Below, piece by piece: positions 1-9,882 of a stretch of 64,000 nt of DNA. How positions within the stretch are numbered: the stretch's first letter is position 1; each line of letters begins with the position of its first letter. The DNA lies in the IMG/VR virus record IMGVR_UViG_3300027734_000039. The stretch is one strand, 5' to 3'. Source of the stretch: a virus. The notes under the pieces are model-generated. The model ran no database searches and was not told where the DNA came from. It was given only the letters and a program-made list of their open reading frames with translations. Position numbers and translations under genes: made by a program.

Positions 1-1124
1 TTCAACAGGCTAAAAATATCTTAACTGGTGTTATGGCAAAGAACAGCGAGTTCGGTCATAGTATTAATGGTGAAGCTACTGGACCAGAAGGTGCAGTTGC
101 TGTTGATAAAAACGGTAACATGTCTAAGTTTGTTGACCGTAATGAGTTTTCAAGACAAAACCTATTAGGCGCTGGTCGTTTTCAAAAGCAGCCAGTAACT
201 GAAGGTTATCTATTAGAAGCTATTATGCCAAACCACGTTACAACTTTCATGCGTGCTAATCCGCCAACTGCTGGCCACGCAAAGGTTGTTGACAAAGTTT
301 TAGATATTGCTAAAGACACTGGCGGTTCGCACAGCGTAGTTTTATCTCACTCGCAAGATCCTTCTAAAAATCCATTATCACCAACTCAAAAGCTAAAGCA
401 TGCTCGCAATGCATTTCCTAATGCAAATGTACAAACTTCTTCTGAAGAAGCACCGAGCCTATTACATCATGCAGTTAGTTTGCACAATCAAGGTGTTAAA
501 AACTTACATCTTGTTGTCGGTCAAGATAGAGTTGGACAGTTTGAAAAGTTATTAAACAATTATAACGGAAAAGAAAGCAAGCACGGATACTATAATTTCG
601 ATAGTATTAACGTTCATTCGGCTGGCGATAGAGACCCAGATGCTGAAGGTGTAGAGGGCGTTTCTGGAACTATGATGCGTAAAGCTGCTAAGTCAGGCGA
701 TAGAAATACTTTCCATTCAGGCTCTTCTGCTGCTATGTCAGAAAAACATAAAGACGACATGATGAGAGATGTCGTAAAAGGAATGAGTATTAAAGAAGAA
801 GCTTATGTTCCTAACGAAGGTAATGCTCCATCGGCTGCTTCTCTTTCTGCTAGTGGCGCTCCACAAGAAAGTGGTCCATTAAAGAAAAAGAAAACAATTA
901 AAGAAAACACTACTGGTTCAGTTGGCGGTCTTGGTTTCAATACGGGCAACCCAGCACCAAACGACAATCATATTGCTAATTACGTTGAGGCTAGTACTTC
1001 TGATGCTGATACAAGAGATAATGTATTGAAGGGTATGATAAATAAAAGTACTTCGCCAAAAACTCATGAAAAAATTGGGTTTAAAGCGTTTGATCCTTCA
1101 AAAGATTTAAAAGCTAAAAAATGA
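1..1124 (+). CDS. 5'-truncated fusion protein: DUF6267-like C-terminus, cytidylyltransferase-like (HIGH-class) domain and low-complexity tail
   Basis: Frame is open from the window start; PEGAVAVD..FVDRNEFSRQN; RANPPTAGH, HLVVGQDRV and SAGDRDPDAEGVEGVSGT motifs as in T4-like phage cytidyltransferases. Confidence 0.7.
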   Translation, partial: QQAKNILTGVMAKNSEFGHSINGEATGPEGAVAVDKNGNMSKFVDRNEFSRQNLLGAGRFQKQPVTEGYLLEAIMPNHVTTFMRANPPTAGHAKVVDKVLDIAKDTGGSHSVVLSHSQDPSKNPLSPTQKLKHARNAFPNANVQTSSEEAPSLLHHAVSLHNQGVKNLHLVVGQDRVGQFEKLLNNYNGKESKHGYYNFDSINVHSAGDRDPDAEGVEGVSGTMMRKAAKSGDRNTFHSGSSAAMSEKHKDDMMRDVVKGMSIKEEAYVPNEGNAPSAASLSASGAPQESGPLKKKKTIKENTTGSVGGLGFNTGNPAPNDNHIANYVEASTSDADTRDNVLKGMINKSTSPKTHEKIGFKAFDPSKDLKAKK

Positions 1125-1966
1125 TAAATGAAAACCAATTTTTGGAAAATTTGGCTAAGTCTCTTGGCGTTGAAAATGTTTTAGTTGACATAAAAGAGAA
1201 AAAAGTCAAAGAAGAAAAGATGCTGAAGAGCTTCGCCAAGGGTCTTGGCGTTGAAAATGTTCTTGAAGAAATAGAAAATAAAAAAGCTAAAGAAAAACAG
1301 TTACTTGAAAACTTAAACAAAACATTAAATAAAATAGCAGAACCAGAACCAATTTTAAAACACGAACCCGAGCCAGTGGTTGAGGGAGTATTTGCCGAAC
1401 CAGAACCAATTATAGAAATTGTAGAAGAGCAACTACTAGAGCAACCAGAGTTAATCGCCGAAATCGGTCGTCAACCAGAACCAGAAATAGCCAAAAACGA
1501 TATTGTAACAAAGTCCGTTATTGCTCTTTCTAAAACTAGCCAGCAAGATGGCGACATTCAAGACGTTGCTGATAAACTACCTCCTAGTGTTCAAAAAGAA
1601 CTAGACATTATCCGTAAGTCAATTGCTGATTTTCACCGTTTTGCACAGCGCCATTCGCAACTTGGTGGTGGTGGTGCTGGTGATGTTGTCAATTTAGACC
1701 ACCCAGCCAAAACAGTTTACGAAAATTATACATTTACACACAAAGATTATTATATCGGCGCTGGTGTTACGCCAATTACAATTACTCTACCAGCTATTGC
1801 TAAAAATGGTAGAGTAATTGTAGTTAAAGATGAAGTTGGTAACTGTTCTCAAAACCCTATTACTGTTCAAGGTTTGGTTGACAGCGATTCAGGTGGGTTC
1901 ATTTTAGCAGAAAATAACGGTGGCATTCAAATGATATATAACAACGGAAGTTGGAGAATTATATGA
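1121..1966 (+). CDS. hypothetical, likely virion-associated protein
   Basis: 281 aa ORF; duplicated AKxLGVENVL; GGGGAG linker followed by a beta-rich ITITLP..IVVKDE..WRII domain. Confidence 0.6.
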   Translation: MINENQFLENLAKSLGVENVLVDIKEKKVKEEKMLKSFAKGLGVENVLEEIENKKAKEKQLLENLNKTLNKIAEPEPILKHEPEPVVEGVFAEPEPIIEIVEEQLLEQPELIAEIGRQPEPEIAKNDIVTKSVIALSKTSQQDGDIQDVADKLPPSVQKELDIIRKSIADFHRFAQRHSQLGGGGAGDVVNLDHPAKTVYENYTFTHKDYYIGAGVTPITITLPAIAKNGRVIVVKDEVGNCSQNPITVQGLVDSDSGGFILAENNGGIQMIYNNGSWRII

Positions 1967-3084
1967 CTTATCTTTTTAGCAATACAATTTCTGGTAATGT
2001 TAATATCTTTAATAGTAATGGTGTTGCCATTGCTGCCAATACTCGTTTGCCTGTTGATATAGGTAATTCTACTATTAATATTTCTGGTAATGTTAATATT
2101 CTTGATATTGTTCAAGTAAACAGTACACCAGAAAATCCAGTTCATAATCATATAACTGAAGTTGGTAATAGTGGTATTCTTACTGTACCTTATATGCCAG
2201 TTAGCGGTAATGTTGCAATCTATAACAGCAACGGATCGTCTATCAGCTTATCTAATCCAATCTCAATGCAAATAACTAAGAATGGATTAGCCGTTAGCGA
2301 TACAGTAGGTTTACCAACTCGTGTTATCAACGATGAAGCATTGATATCTTATGCTCGTGGTAAACCTATAACAGAATCCGATGTGCTGAATGCTTTCTTG
2401 ATTGACAAAAGTGGTGCTACAGAAACACTAGGCACAACTCCTGCTACTATGTCCACGGTTTGGGAAGGTACTGGACTATATCCATGGAACACCTACACAG
2501 GCACAGGTGACAAACTCTACATCAAATCTGTTGCCAACGATGCCAAGATACAAGGCAAAAGCATAACCATTAATGGATTAGACAGTAACTATGATATCAT
2601 TGAAGAAACTGTAACCTTACACCCGACTAATACTGCCATCGCAGTAAGCACCTCTCAAAACTTTTATAGAATCAATAGACTATATTTGTCGGGTAACAAT
2701 ACCAATAGTCTACCGCACGACCATGACTTGGAAGTTAGATATGGTAGTAGCAGTGGAACTTTGTTGAGCCTATTTGTTGCTCCTTGGGGTCGTGGACAAA
2801 ACTGTATCTATACTGTGCCACGTGGCTATGAAGCATTTGTATTGAGTATCAACGGTAACAGTGGACACAACGATGAAATTACCAGTTCATTGTGGTTTCA
2901 TCCCTATGGTAACACTTGGACGCTACAGAAAAGTTTCAAGTTTATTTCTGGTTCATTTGACCACAACTTTAGAACACCATTGCGTATTACAGAAAAATCA
3001 GATATTGAGATTCGTGCGTATGCTCTGGTCGAGTCCAGTCGTATTGGAACCGAGTTCCAGATATTAGTCCTACCAAAGGCGTAA
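1963..3084 (+). CDS. putative virion structural protein
   Basis: N/S/T/G-rich, repeated ISGNVNI; ATG at 1963 follows a GGAG RBS. Confidence 0.55.
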   Translation: MTYLFSNTISGNVNIFNSNGVAIAANTRLPVDIGNSTINISGNVNILDIVQVNSTPENPVHNHITEVGNSGILTVPYMPVSGNVAIYNSNGSSISLSNPISMQITKNGLAVSDTVGLPTRVINDEALISYARGKPITESDVLNAFLIDKSGATETLGTTPATMSTVWEGTGLYPWNTYTGTGDKLYIKSVANDAKIQGKSITINGLDSNYDIIEETVTLHPTNTAIAVSTSQNFYRINRLYLSGNNTNSLPHDHDLEVRYGSSSGTLLSLFVAPWGRGQNCIYTVPRGYEAFVLSINGNSGHNDEITSSLWFHPYGNTWTLQKSFKFISGSFDHNFRTPLRITEKSDIEIRAYALVESSRIGTEFQILVLPKA

Positions 3085-3087
3085 GAT

Positions 3088-3732
3088 ATGGCACAGTTTA
3101 ATAAAGACTCACAAACATACGTCGACGGACGCAGAGTCCTACACGATGTTCACATGATCGCTAACAAGAATGGCGATATTGTTACTACAGCTAATCCTTT
3201 TCCAGTAACAGGAACACTGACATCAATATCAGGAGAAGCTGCTGGGGACAAATATTCGTTTAACAATCACTCTACAAACGCCAACCGTGGATGGACTATG
3301 GATAACACCATGCGTCCAGTTATAAGTTTTCAAAATGGTAGCGCGAGTGCCACAGATATAATTCAGATTATCGAATATGAAATTGGTAATAACAATGCTG
3401 CTTCAAGCACCATTATCTACGAGTGGTATGAAGGTCCGTTGACCATTTCTGGAGCTGCCATACCTTCTTGGACCACATTTGGTGTGCATAGTCAATATCG
3501 TGTGTATCAGGATCAATACTCAAGTAATCAGGGCAACACATTTACAGTTCCTGGCGGCACATATTTGCGACATAGCGGTATTATCATTGGTAAGAACACT
3601 GGTGGCGATGGTGGTATAGCAAATCTTATTGGTGGAGGCGGTAGAAACATGCTCACACTTTGCATGCGACGAGTAGATAACGCCACCAAACTGGATATAT
3701 GGTTTGCCTTCGATGTTAAAGAATTAGCATAA
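3088..3732 (+). CDS. putative virion structural protein
   Basis: 214 aa, beta-rich, NPFPV motif, tightly coupled to the upstream gene. Confidence 0.55.
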   Translation: MAQFNKDSQTYVDGRRVLHDVHMIANKNGDIVTTANPFPVTGTLTSISGEAAGDKYSFNNHSTNANRGWTMDNTMRPVISFQNGSASATDIIQIIEYEIGNNNAASSTIIYEWYEGPLTISGAAIPSWTTFGVHSQYRVYQDQYSSNQGNTFTVPGGTYLRHSGIIIGKNTGGDGGIANLIGGGGRNMLTLCMRRVDNATKLDIWFAFDVKELA

Positions 3733-3748
3733 TTAAACAATAGTATTT

Positions 3749-3756
3749 TATAAATA
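3749..3756 (+). promoter_or_regulatory. T4-type late promoter
   Basis: Exact intergenic TATAAATA; gp55 is encoded in the window. Confidence 0.8.
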
Positions 3757-3762
3757 GGTTTG

Positions 3763-3827
3763 TTAGTGCAGTAAGGCTACGGCAGACCTGCTAATTGTTC
3801 TTGGATAAGCCTAAAGGGAAACTCCAA
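3763..3827 (+). promoter_or_regulatory. candidate structured 5' leader (two hairpins with complementary loops)
   Basis: TTAGTGCAG/CTGCTAA and TTGGA/TCCAA stems; loops carry AGGCT and AGCCT. Confidence 0.4.
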
Positions 3828-5044
3828 TGGTAAAGAAATTTAAATCTTTCGGTCCTCAGCTAGTTTTTGCAGAGCAAACTGCAGGATCTGTCGTAGTTCT
3901 CACTAACGAACAAAAACTCTCCCTATACAAAAAATCACAAAAATCAGGTATATCGACCGATATTCTCGAAGAAGTATATCGCCGTGGGTATTCTATTTGG
4001 AACGAATCATTCGGTCAAACTGCTGATCAATTCGCGTTTGATCGTGTCAACTCATTTATCGCTGGCGGTTTCGCAGCAGACTTGGACGAGGATCTTATGA
4101 TCGAAGAAGGCAAAAGAGGCTTGTGGGATAACATTTGGGCAAAGCGTAGACGTATTGCCCGTGGGTCTGGCGAACGTATGCGCAAGCCAGGAGAAAAAGG
4201 TGCACCGACACCAGAAGCTCTTAAGGCTTCTCAAAACGAATCATTCGAAACTTTTGAAAAGCAATCAAAAAATCCAAACGATCCAGCTTCTAGATTCGAT
4301 GGAACTTATTCTGCTTCTAAAGTATATGCTGACGAAACTCCTGGCCAAAAATTAGCTCATAAACAAAAGAGCTCTTTACAAACAATTAAAAAGGTTGTTA
4401 AAGAAGCTTTGAATGAAGATGACGATGAAAGAAACAAAAAGATAGATGCTCTTTTAAAAACTTCAACCGAAGCTAAAACTCAAGCTGATATTAAGAGCAG
4501 AGAACCAAAAGTTTCAACTGGGGAAGCTTCCGAAAAGAGAACTTTTGATTCAGCAAATATGATCACCCCAAGAACTAAAACTACAGCACCTGCAACTAAA
4601 ACATCAAAAGCTGTAGTTAAAGAAGATTGGTCGGATTCAAAATATAAAAATAAAAATGGTGGAATGACTCAGGCTGGTGTAGACGCATACCGCCGCGAGA
4701 ATCCAGGTAGCAAGTTAAAAACTGCTGTTACAACGGAACCATCAAAACTAAAGCCTGGATCAAAGGCAGCTAATCGTCGCAAGTCATTCTGTGCTCGTAT
4801 GGGCGGTATGAAGAAACGTTTGACTTCGGCTAAAACAGCTCGCGACCCCGATTCAAGAATAAATAAAGCGTTACGCAAGTGGCATTGTGAAGAAACAATA
4901 AACGAATTATCTGTACCACTCGGTTCTACTGGCAAAAGAACATCAGTTCCTACACCAATGATGTCCATTAGAATGGCAAGCGGTAAGATAGAAAAGCACC
5001 CACCAGGAAAAAGCGGAAACTCAAGCGGTGGCGATGAAGAGTGA
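3827..5044 (+). CDS. multi-module T4-like late protein (DUF5824-like and DUF6321-like modules), probable internal head protein
   Basis: KKSQKSGISTDILEEVYRRG; GLWDNIWAKR; YRRENPGSKLKTAVT..RRKSFCARM..SRINKALRKWHC. Confidence 0.65.
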   Translation: MVKKFKSFGPQLVFAEQTAGSVVVLTNEQKLSLYKKSQKSGISTDILEEVYRRGYSIWNESFGQTADQFAFDRVNSFIAGGFAADLDEDLMIEEGKRGLWDNIWAKRRRIARGSGERMRKPGEKGAPTPEALKASQNESFETFEKQSKNPNDPASRFDGTYSASKVYADETPGQKLAHKQKSSLQTIKKVVKEALNEDDDERNKKIDALLKTSTEAKTQADIKSREPKVSTGEASEKRTFDSANMITPRTKTTAPATKTSKAVVKEDWSDSKYKNKNGGMTQAGVDAYRRENPGSKLKTAVTTEPSKLKPGSKAANRRKSFCARMGGMKKRLTSAKTARDPDSRINKALRKWHCEETINELSVPLGSTGKRTSVPTPMMSIRMASGKIEKHPPGKSGNSSGGDEE

Positions 5045-5062
5045 AACTAAAGGAGAAATGAA

Positions 5063-5290
5063 ATGATTGAGACAATTATCGGATTAGTAATTATCGGCGG
5101 CGTTGGTTATGCTCTTTATAAGATGGTGACCAAAAAAGAAACAGCAGAAGAAGCTGTTAATGAAGTTATCGCCGAAGCAAAGGCAGAAGTAACTAAGGTT
5201 GCTGACGTAAACAAAGACGGCAAGGTCGACGTTTCAGACGTTGTCGAAGTAGTTAAGAAAACTCGCGGTAGAAAGAAAAAGGCTCAGTAA
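5063..5290 (+). CDS. small membrane-anchored protein with EF-hand/dockerin-like loop
   Basis: N-terminal TM segment; DVNKDGKVDVSD; AAGGAG RBS. Confidence 0.65.
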   Translation: MIETIIGLVIIGGVGYALYKMVTKKETAEEAVNEVIAEAKAEVTKVADVNKDGKVDVSDVVEVVKKTRGRKKKAQ

Positions 5291-5291
5291 A

Positions 5292-5723
5292 ATGGCATTA
5301 GCAGATACAGCAAAGGTAGCACTCGCGGATACATTCGCGTTTTATCTTAAGACTCACAATTTCCACTGGAATATCGAAGGTCCGAACTTTGCCCAGTATC
5401 ACTCGTTCCTTGATGGTTTGTACAATGAAGTTTGGGGAGCAGTTGATGCTATTGCCGAACACATTCGTACGCTCGATTCATATGTTCCTGGTTCTTTTTC
5501 TCGTTATAAAGAACTTGCTACTATTGAAGACGAGACTAAAATTCCAACTGCGATTAATATGCTAAACAAACTAGAGGCTGATAATCAAAAGGTTATCGCC
5601 TCTTTAACTGCTGCTTTTCAGGCTGCAGAAAAAGAAAAGAAAGTTGGTTTTGCTAACTTCCTTCAAGACAGAATCGATATCCATGAAAAGCATGGATGGA
5701 TGCTAAGGGCATTAACCAAATGA
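5292..5723 (+). CDS. dps: Dps ferritin-like DNA protection protein
   Basis: KTHNFHWNIEGPNF..H..LY..DAIAEHIR..HEKHGWML. Confidence 0.92.
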   Translation: MALADTAKVALADTFAFYLKTHNFHWNIEGPNFAQYHSFLDGLYNEVWGAVDAIAEHIRTLDSYVPGSFSRYKELATIEDETKIPTAINMLNKLEADNQKVIASLTAAFQAAEKEKKVGFANFLQDRIDIHEKHGWMLRALTK

Positions 5724-8224
5724 CAAAAAAGTTTATCAGCTTAGAAAACTCTATAAAAAAAGTAATAGCCGAAGCATCACAAGACACTCACCGTCTTTCA
5801 TCTATGGCTAACATTCTTTCGGACAGAAACGCAAGTACTGATTCTGCTCCTAAGAATGTTCATCTAAATCGTCCTGCTCCTGCAGGAACGGAACGTAGAG
5901 CAGCTGATGATCAAAATAAACAAACATTAGGTAACGTTGTAAACACTCTTGCTAAAAATACTAGCACCGAACCTCGTGGACCAGAATACGAAAGCGGTCC
6001 TAAGAAAAAAAAGATAAACTTAGAACATACTATAAGAAATACTGTTAGAGAACAAAACTACAAAAAGAAAAATGTAGTTAGAGAAGACTATGAGTATGAA
6101 ATGGCTCGTAACGAACTTCGTACAGCTATTGATGCGGCGAAACGTTTAATTGCCAGCCTTGATGGCGAAGGTGAGCTCGAAGCTTGGGTACAGTCAAAAA
6201 TTACAAAAGGCGCTGATTATCTAGATACAGTTGCTGATTACATGGACTCGCGCGATACAAAGAAGCTAAAAGAACATACTGAAGAAGTTATGGAAACTAT
6301 TGGTATCGTTGGCGATAAGTTCAAGGGCGGTCAGTTTGATTCGCTTAGATCAAATTTCGTTCCTAAAATTGGTCCTGGTCACGAGAGATCATCTGAAAGA
6401 GTTTCTAATCAGAGAAAATTTGCTAAAGAAAAATCAAGTGCGACACTTCAGGGTAAAATTACTGAAGATACTCTAAACGAATTTAAAGATACGAGCATTT
6501 CAAAAACTATAAAAGATAATGCAAAATTAATAGGTGCTGGTTCTGCAATAGGCGCTGGATTGGGTACAATATCTGATAAAACAGATAAAGCGATCGCAAC
6601 TGTTGCTGATCCTATAGCAAAAGCTATTCCCAATTCTGTAAAAGAACCTATTAGTAAAGCAGCTAAAGGCGTAAGAGACTTTTTCAACACTCCTTTACCT
6701 TCTTCTTCTGAAGTTGCTAGTAACTTAGCACAGAAAAAAGAAAACTTCGCTAAACTTACACCAGAACAACAAAGAATGGTTCCTTCTTCAGTTAAAAGAA
6801 GTTTACAAAACGCAACACCAGAAAATACAGAAGCTAGAATGAAAGGCGCTGCAACTGTTGCTGATTTAGGGTCTTATGCTATTCCACCCGTTGCCGCGAC
6901 TCGTTTTGCTTCTGATGCATATGGACATGCTGAAAAGGGGCAATATACTGCAGCTACTTTAGACGCTGCAGCATCTTTACCAAAAAAAATAGGAATTGTT
7001 GCAACTGGTGCAAGCGTAGCAAAAAATATCGTAAAACCAGAAAGTCCAGATAAAGAACCTTCTAAGCAACCAGATGAAACTAGAGCTACTGAAAATGACA
7101 GAGAAGAGTTCAAAAAAAGAACTACACCTCCAGCTTCTCAATCATCTGGTTATACAAATCAAGATGCCATTGAAAAAGAATCTGGACCTAAGAAAAAATC
7201 TCTTAAGGAAACTATATTATTAGTTAGAAAACAAAAATTAGAAGAAAAAAGTGGACGTGCTGAAGCTATAGAAAAAATGGGCGGTACAATAGTAAAAGAT
7301 ATAGAAGATTTTTTAAAGCGTGGAAAATCTCCTGCACCACCTGTTATCGAGCCACCAGTTAAAACTCCAGAGCCAGTTAAAACTCCGGAAGAACCTATAA
7401 AAATACCAGATAAACCAGAACCTGCTAAACCTTTTGAAGAACCGTTTAAGCCAGGAGGGCCAGTATTGCCACCTGATGCTCCTAGACCTACAATTCCAGA
7501 TTTGCCTTATAAGACTCCTCCAAATTATAAGCCACCAACTCCTGCGAATCCAAACGTCTTACCTCCTGGTAAAAAACCAGATTTCGAACCATACAAGATT
7601 CCTAAACCAGATACTCCAAAAATACCAGATGAAGTTCCTACACCAAAGCCAGTTGAAAAGCCAAAGACAGAGCCAAAAACTGAACCAAAAACTGAACCAA
7701 AGACAGAGCCAAAGACAGAGCCAAAAACTGAACCAAAGACAGAGCCAAAAACTGAACCAAAGACAGAGCCAAAAACTGAACCAAAGGCGTTGCCTGTTAA
7801 ATCTGCTATAAAAGAACCTGTTGGTAAAACACGTCCAGGTAAAACTCCCATTCCTATACCTTTGCCTAGTTTTGGTAGCAGATTTAATTACGATACGAAT
7901 CCATATCACTGGACTCATTTCGTTCAACCAAAATTACACTTAGGACGTGCAGATATGCATAGAAGCTTCAAAGAAGATAAAGACAGTTCAGAAAAACGTA
8001 AGGAAATTGAATACGTTGCTCGTCCTAATTCCCCTGGACCAAAGAGTTCAAAGTCAACTCTTGGTAGAACTGGTTCTGTGAAAACTAAAATTATTGATGA
8101 AGAAAAAAAAGTAGCACTAATTAAATCTATTTTCAAAAAGAAAAAAGAAGAAAAAGAAAACGGTGCTAATCCTATGGTGGATTTTGAACCAAAGCTAAAC
8201 CATAAATACGATAATGAAACTTAA
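5720..8224 (+). CDS. large low-complexity, Pro/Lys/Glu-rich late protein, probable internal head protein
   Basis: EYEMARNEL..LEAWVQSKITKGADYL module; PKTE repeats; ATG at 5720 overlaps the dps stop. Confidence 0.65.
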   Translation: MTKKFISLENSIKKVIAEASQDTHRLSSMANILSDRNASTDSAPKNVHLNRPAPAGTERRAADDQNKQTLGNVVNTLAKNTSTEPRGPEYESGPKKKKINLEHTIRNTVREQNYKKKNVVREDYEYEMARNELRTAIDAAKRLIASLDGEGELEAWVQSKITKGADYLDTVADYMDSRDTKKLKEHTEEVMETIGIVGDKFKGGQFDSLRSNFVPKIGPGHERSSERVSNQRKFAKEKSSATLQGKITEDTLNEFKDTSISKTIKDNAKLIGAGSAIGAGLGTISDKTDKAIATVADPIAKAIPNSVKEPISKAAKGVRDFFNTPLPSSSEVASNLAQKKENFAKLTPEQQRMVPSSVKRSLQNATPENTEARMKGAATVADLGSYAIPPVAATRFASDAYGHAEKGQYTAATLDAAASLPKKIGIVATGASVAKNIVKPESPDKEPSKQPDETRATENDREEFKKRTTPPASQSSGYTNQDAIEKESGPKKKSLKETILLVRKQKLEEKSGRAEAIEKMGGTIVKDIEDFLKRGKSPAPPVIEPPVKTPEPVKTPEEPIKIPDKPEPAKPFEEPFKPGGPVLPPDAPRPTIPDLPYKTPPNYKPPTPANPNVLPPGKKPDFEPYKIPKPDTPKIPDEVPTPKPVEKPKTEPKTEPKTEPKTEPKTEPKTEPKTEPKTEPKTEPKTEPKALPVKSAIKEPVGKTRPGKTPIPIPLPSFGSRFNYDTNPYHWTHFVQPKLHLGRADMHRSFKEDKDSSEKRKEIEYVARPNSPGPKSSKSTLGRTGSVKTKIIDEEKKVALIKSIFKKKKEEKENGANPMVDFEPKLNHKYDNET
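7661..7780 (+). repeat. 10 x 12-bp coding tandem repeat (PKTE)
   Basis: Units CCAAAGACAGAG (A) and CCAAAAACTGAA (B) in the order ABBAABABAB. Confidence 0.95.
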
Positions 8225-8241
8225 TTCTAAGGGATACCACA

Positions 8242-9882
8242 ATGACCGATAAATCTATTAGAGATGCGATTTCTAAAGTTTACAAAAAAGTAATTTCAGA
8301 AGCAGTTGCTGTAGCTCCAGTTCCCCCTGTTGGTGCTCGCCCACGTCCTGCAGCTCCTAGACCTGCCGCTCCCGCTGCTCCCGCTCCAGCTCAATCGTCA
8401 GCAAGAAACGACGACGATTCAGCAGCTTCGTATTGGAATAAAGAAGCTGAAAGAAACCGTGCGCAAGGCGGTAAGCCTATTTCAAACGAATTTAATATTT
8501 TCGGCAGCAAGCCAGCAGCACCAGCTCCTGCTGCACCAAAGCCAGTTGCGCCTAAACCTGCTGCACCAAAAGCTCAAACTCCTCAGCAAAAGTCACCAGC
8601 TCAGGACTATGGCAGCGAAAAACCTTTACCGAATGCTGCAGCTATTCGTTCCCCAGCTCAAGATTACGGTTCAGAAAGACGTTTACCAAATGCTGATGCT
8701 ATTTTGGGTAATCGTTCAGAAACACCAGCTCCTGCTCAACGCGAGAGATTTACACAACCACCAGAAACTGTAGCCACTCCAGAAGATCGTGCTCGTTTCC
8801 AAGGTAGAGCAGCTCAACCGCCAGAAACTAGAGCGTCTGAAGCTGATAGAGAAGCATTTAGAGCCAGAGTAGCTGGCGGAACTTATTCAAATCCAGATGC
8901 CGTAGAAAAAGAATCAGGTCCAGCAAAGAAGAAAAAAATGTCAGAATCAACACTTATCAACTCTTTCTTAAATCTCCAAACTTCGGGCGCTTCTAATATG
9001 TTTGAAGCCGCTAAGAAATTAAAAGGCGATCAGCACAAACTCGATAAGAACCAAAACGGCAAGTTAGATTCGCAAGACTTTAAAATGCTTCGTGGCGAAA
9101 AGATGGAAGAAGCCAAAAAGGCTGATAAAGATTATGACGGCGACGGTAAGATCGAATCATCAAAAGATGAAGTTTGGGGTTCGCGTTTCAAAGCTGCTAA
9201 GAAAGCTGGAAAGATGGACGAAGCTTCTTCATCAGATCCAGATTTCGCTGCTCCAAGACCAGATGGAACTAAAAAGCCAACTGATATCGAGTTCAAACCT
9301 AAGCCAGAAGAAAAGAAACCAGAAGATAAGGTTCCGCTTCCTCCTAAGCGTCCTGATAGTATGAAAGAAGAAGTTTCTTTCTCTGAAACTGAACTTGCTC
9401 ACTTCGAAGCTGTAATCGCTCGTAAAGATCAAAAGGGTAAAGAACGTGGTATCGGTGATACTGTTGACTCTGCTGATCTAACTGATGAATACATGTACGA
9501 GATGGCACAGCGTGGTGTTAAGGCTGGTACTAAGCGTGGTTCCTATAAGAAAAAGGCTACTGACCTGTCAGGTAAAAGAGTAGCTGGTGCTGATGCAGGA
9601 ACTGATGAATCCGATAAGGGTATTCCTCACGTTCTTGATCAAATTCGTGATAATAAAGAAAACGAACGTGGTTTCAAAACTATCACTAATCCTAATTCAA
9701 AGCCAGAAGCTCCTGTAACTAAGCAGATCCATCGTTCAGAACTTCACAGCTTCTACGATGACTACCACAATACAGAAAAGCCAGCTGATAAGGAAAAGAA
9801 ATATTCTAATTTCTTAGGAAAACATTTCGGCAATGAAGAGCCAGTTAGAAAAACTGGAATTTCATTAGGATCAATGAAGTAA
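8242..9882 (+). CDS. low-complexity late protein with EF-hand-like loops, probable internal head protein
   Basis: Pro/Ala-rich; LDKNQNGKLDSQDF and DKDYDGDGKIESSKDE. Confidence 0.65.
   Translation: MTDKSIRDAISKVYKKVISEAVAVAPVPPVGARPRPAAPRPAAPAAPAPAQSSARNDDDSAASYWNKEAERNRAQGGKPISNEFNIFGSKPAAPAPAAPKPVAPKPAAPKAQTPQQKSPAQDYGSEKPLPNAAAIRSPAQDYGSERRLPNADAILGNRSETPAPAQRERFTQPPETVATPEDRARFQGRAAQPPETRASEADREAFRARVAGGTYSNPDAVEKESGPAKKKKMSESTLINSFLNLQTSGASNMFEAAKKLKGDQHKLDKNQNGKLDSQDFKMLRGEKMEEAKKADKDYDGDGKIESSKDEVWGSRFKAAKKAGKMDEASSSDPDFAAPRPDGTKKPTDIEFKPKPEEKKPEDKVPLPPKRPDSMKEEVSFSETELAHFEAVIARKDQKGKERGIGDTVDSADLTDEYMYEMAQRGVKAGTKRGSYKKKATDLSGKRVAGADAGTDESDKGIPHVLDQIRDNKENERGFKTITNPNSKPEAPVTKQIHRSELHSFYDDYHNTEKPADKEKKYSNFLGKHFGNEEPVRKTGISLGSMK

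Noticed and set aside
7661-7780. Possible CRISPR array
   Set aside because: Contiguous in-frame 12-mers with no spacers
7434-7927. Alternative-frame and antisense repeat ORFs (QSQKLN, FGSV, WLCL)
   Set aside because: Shadows of the PKTE repeat
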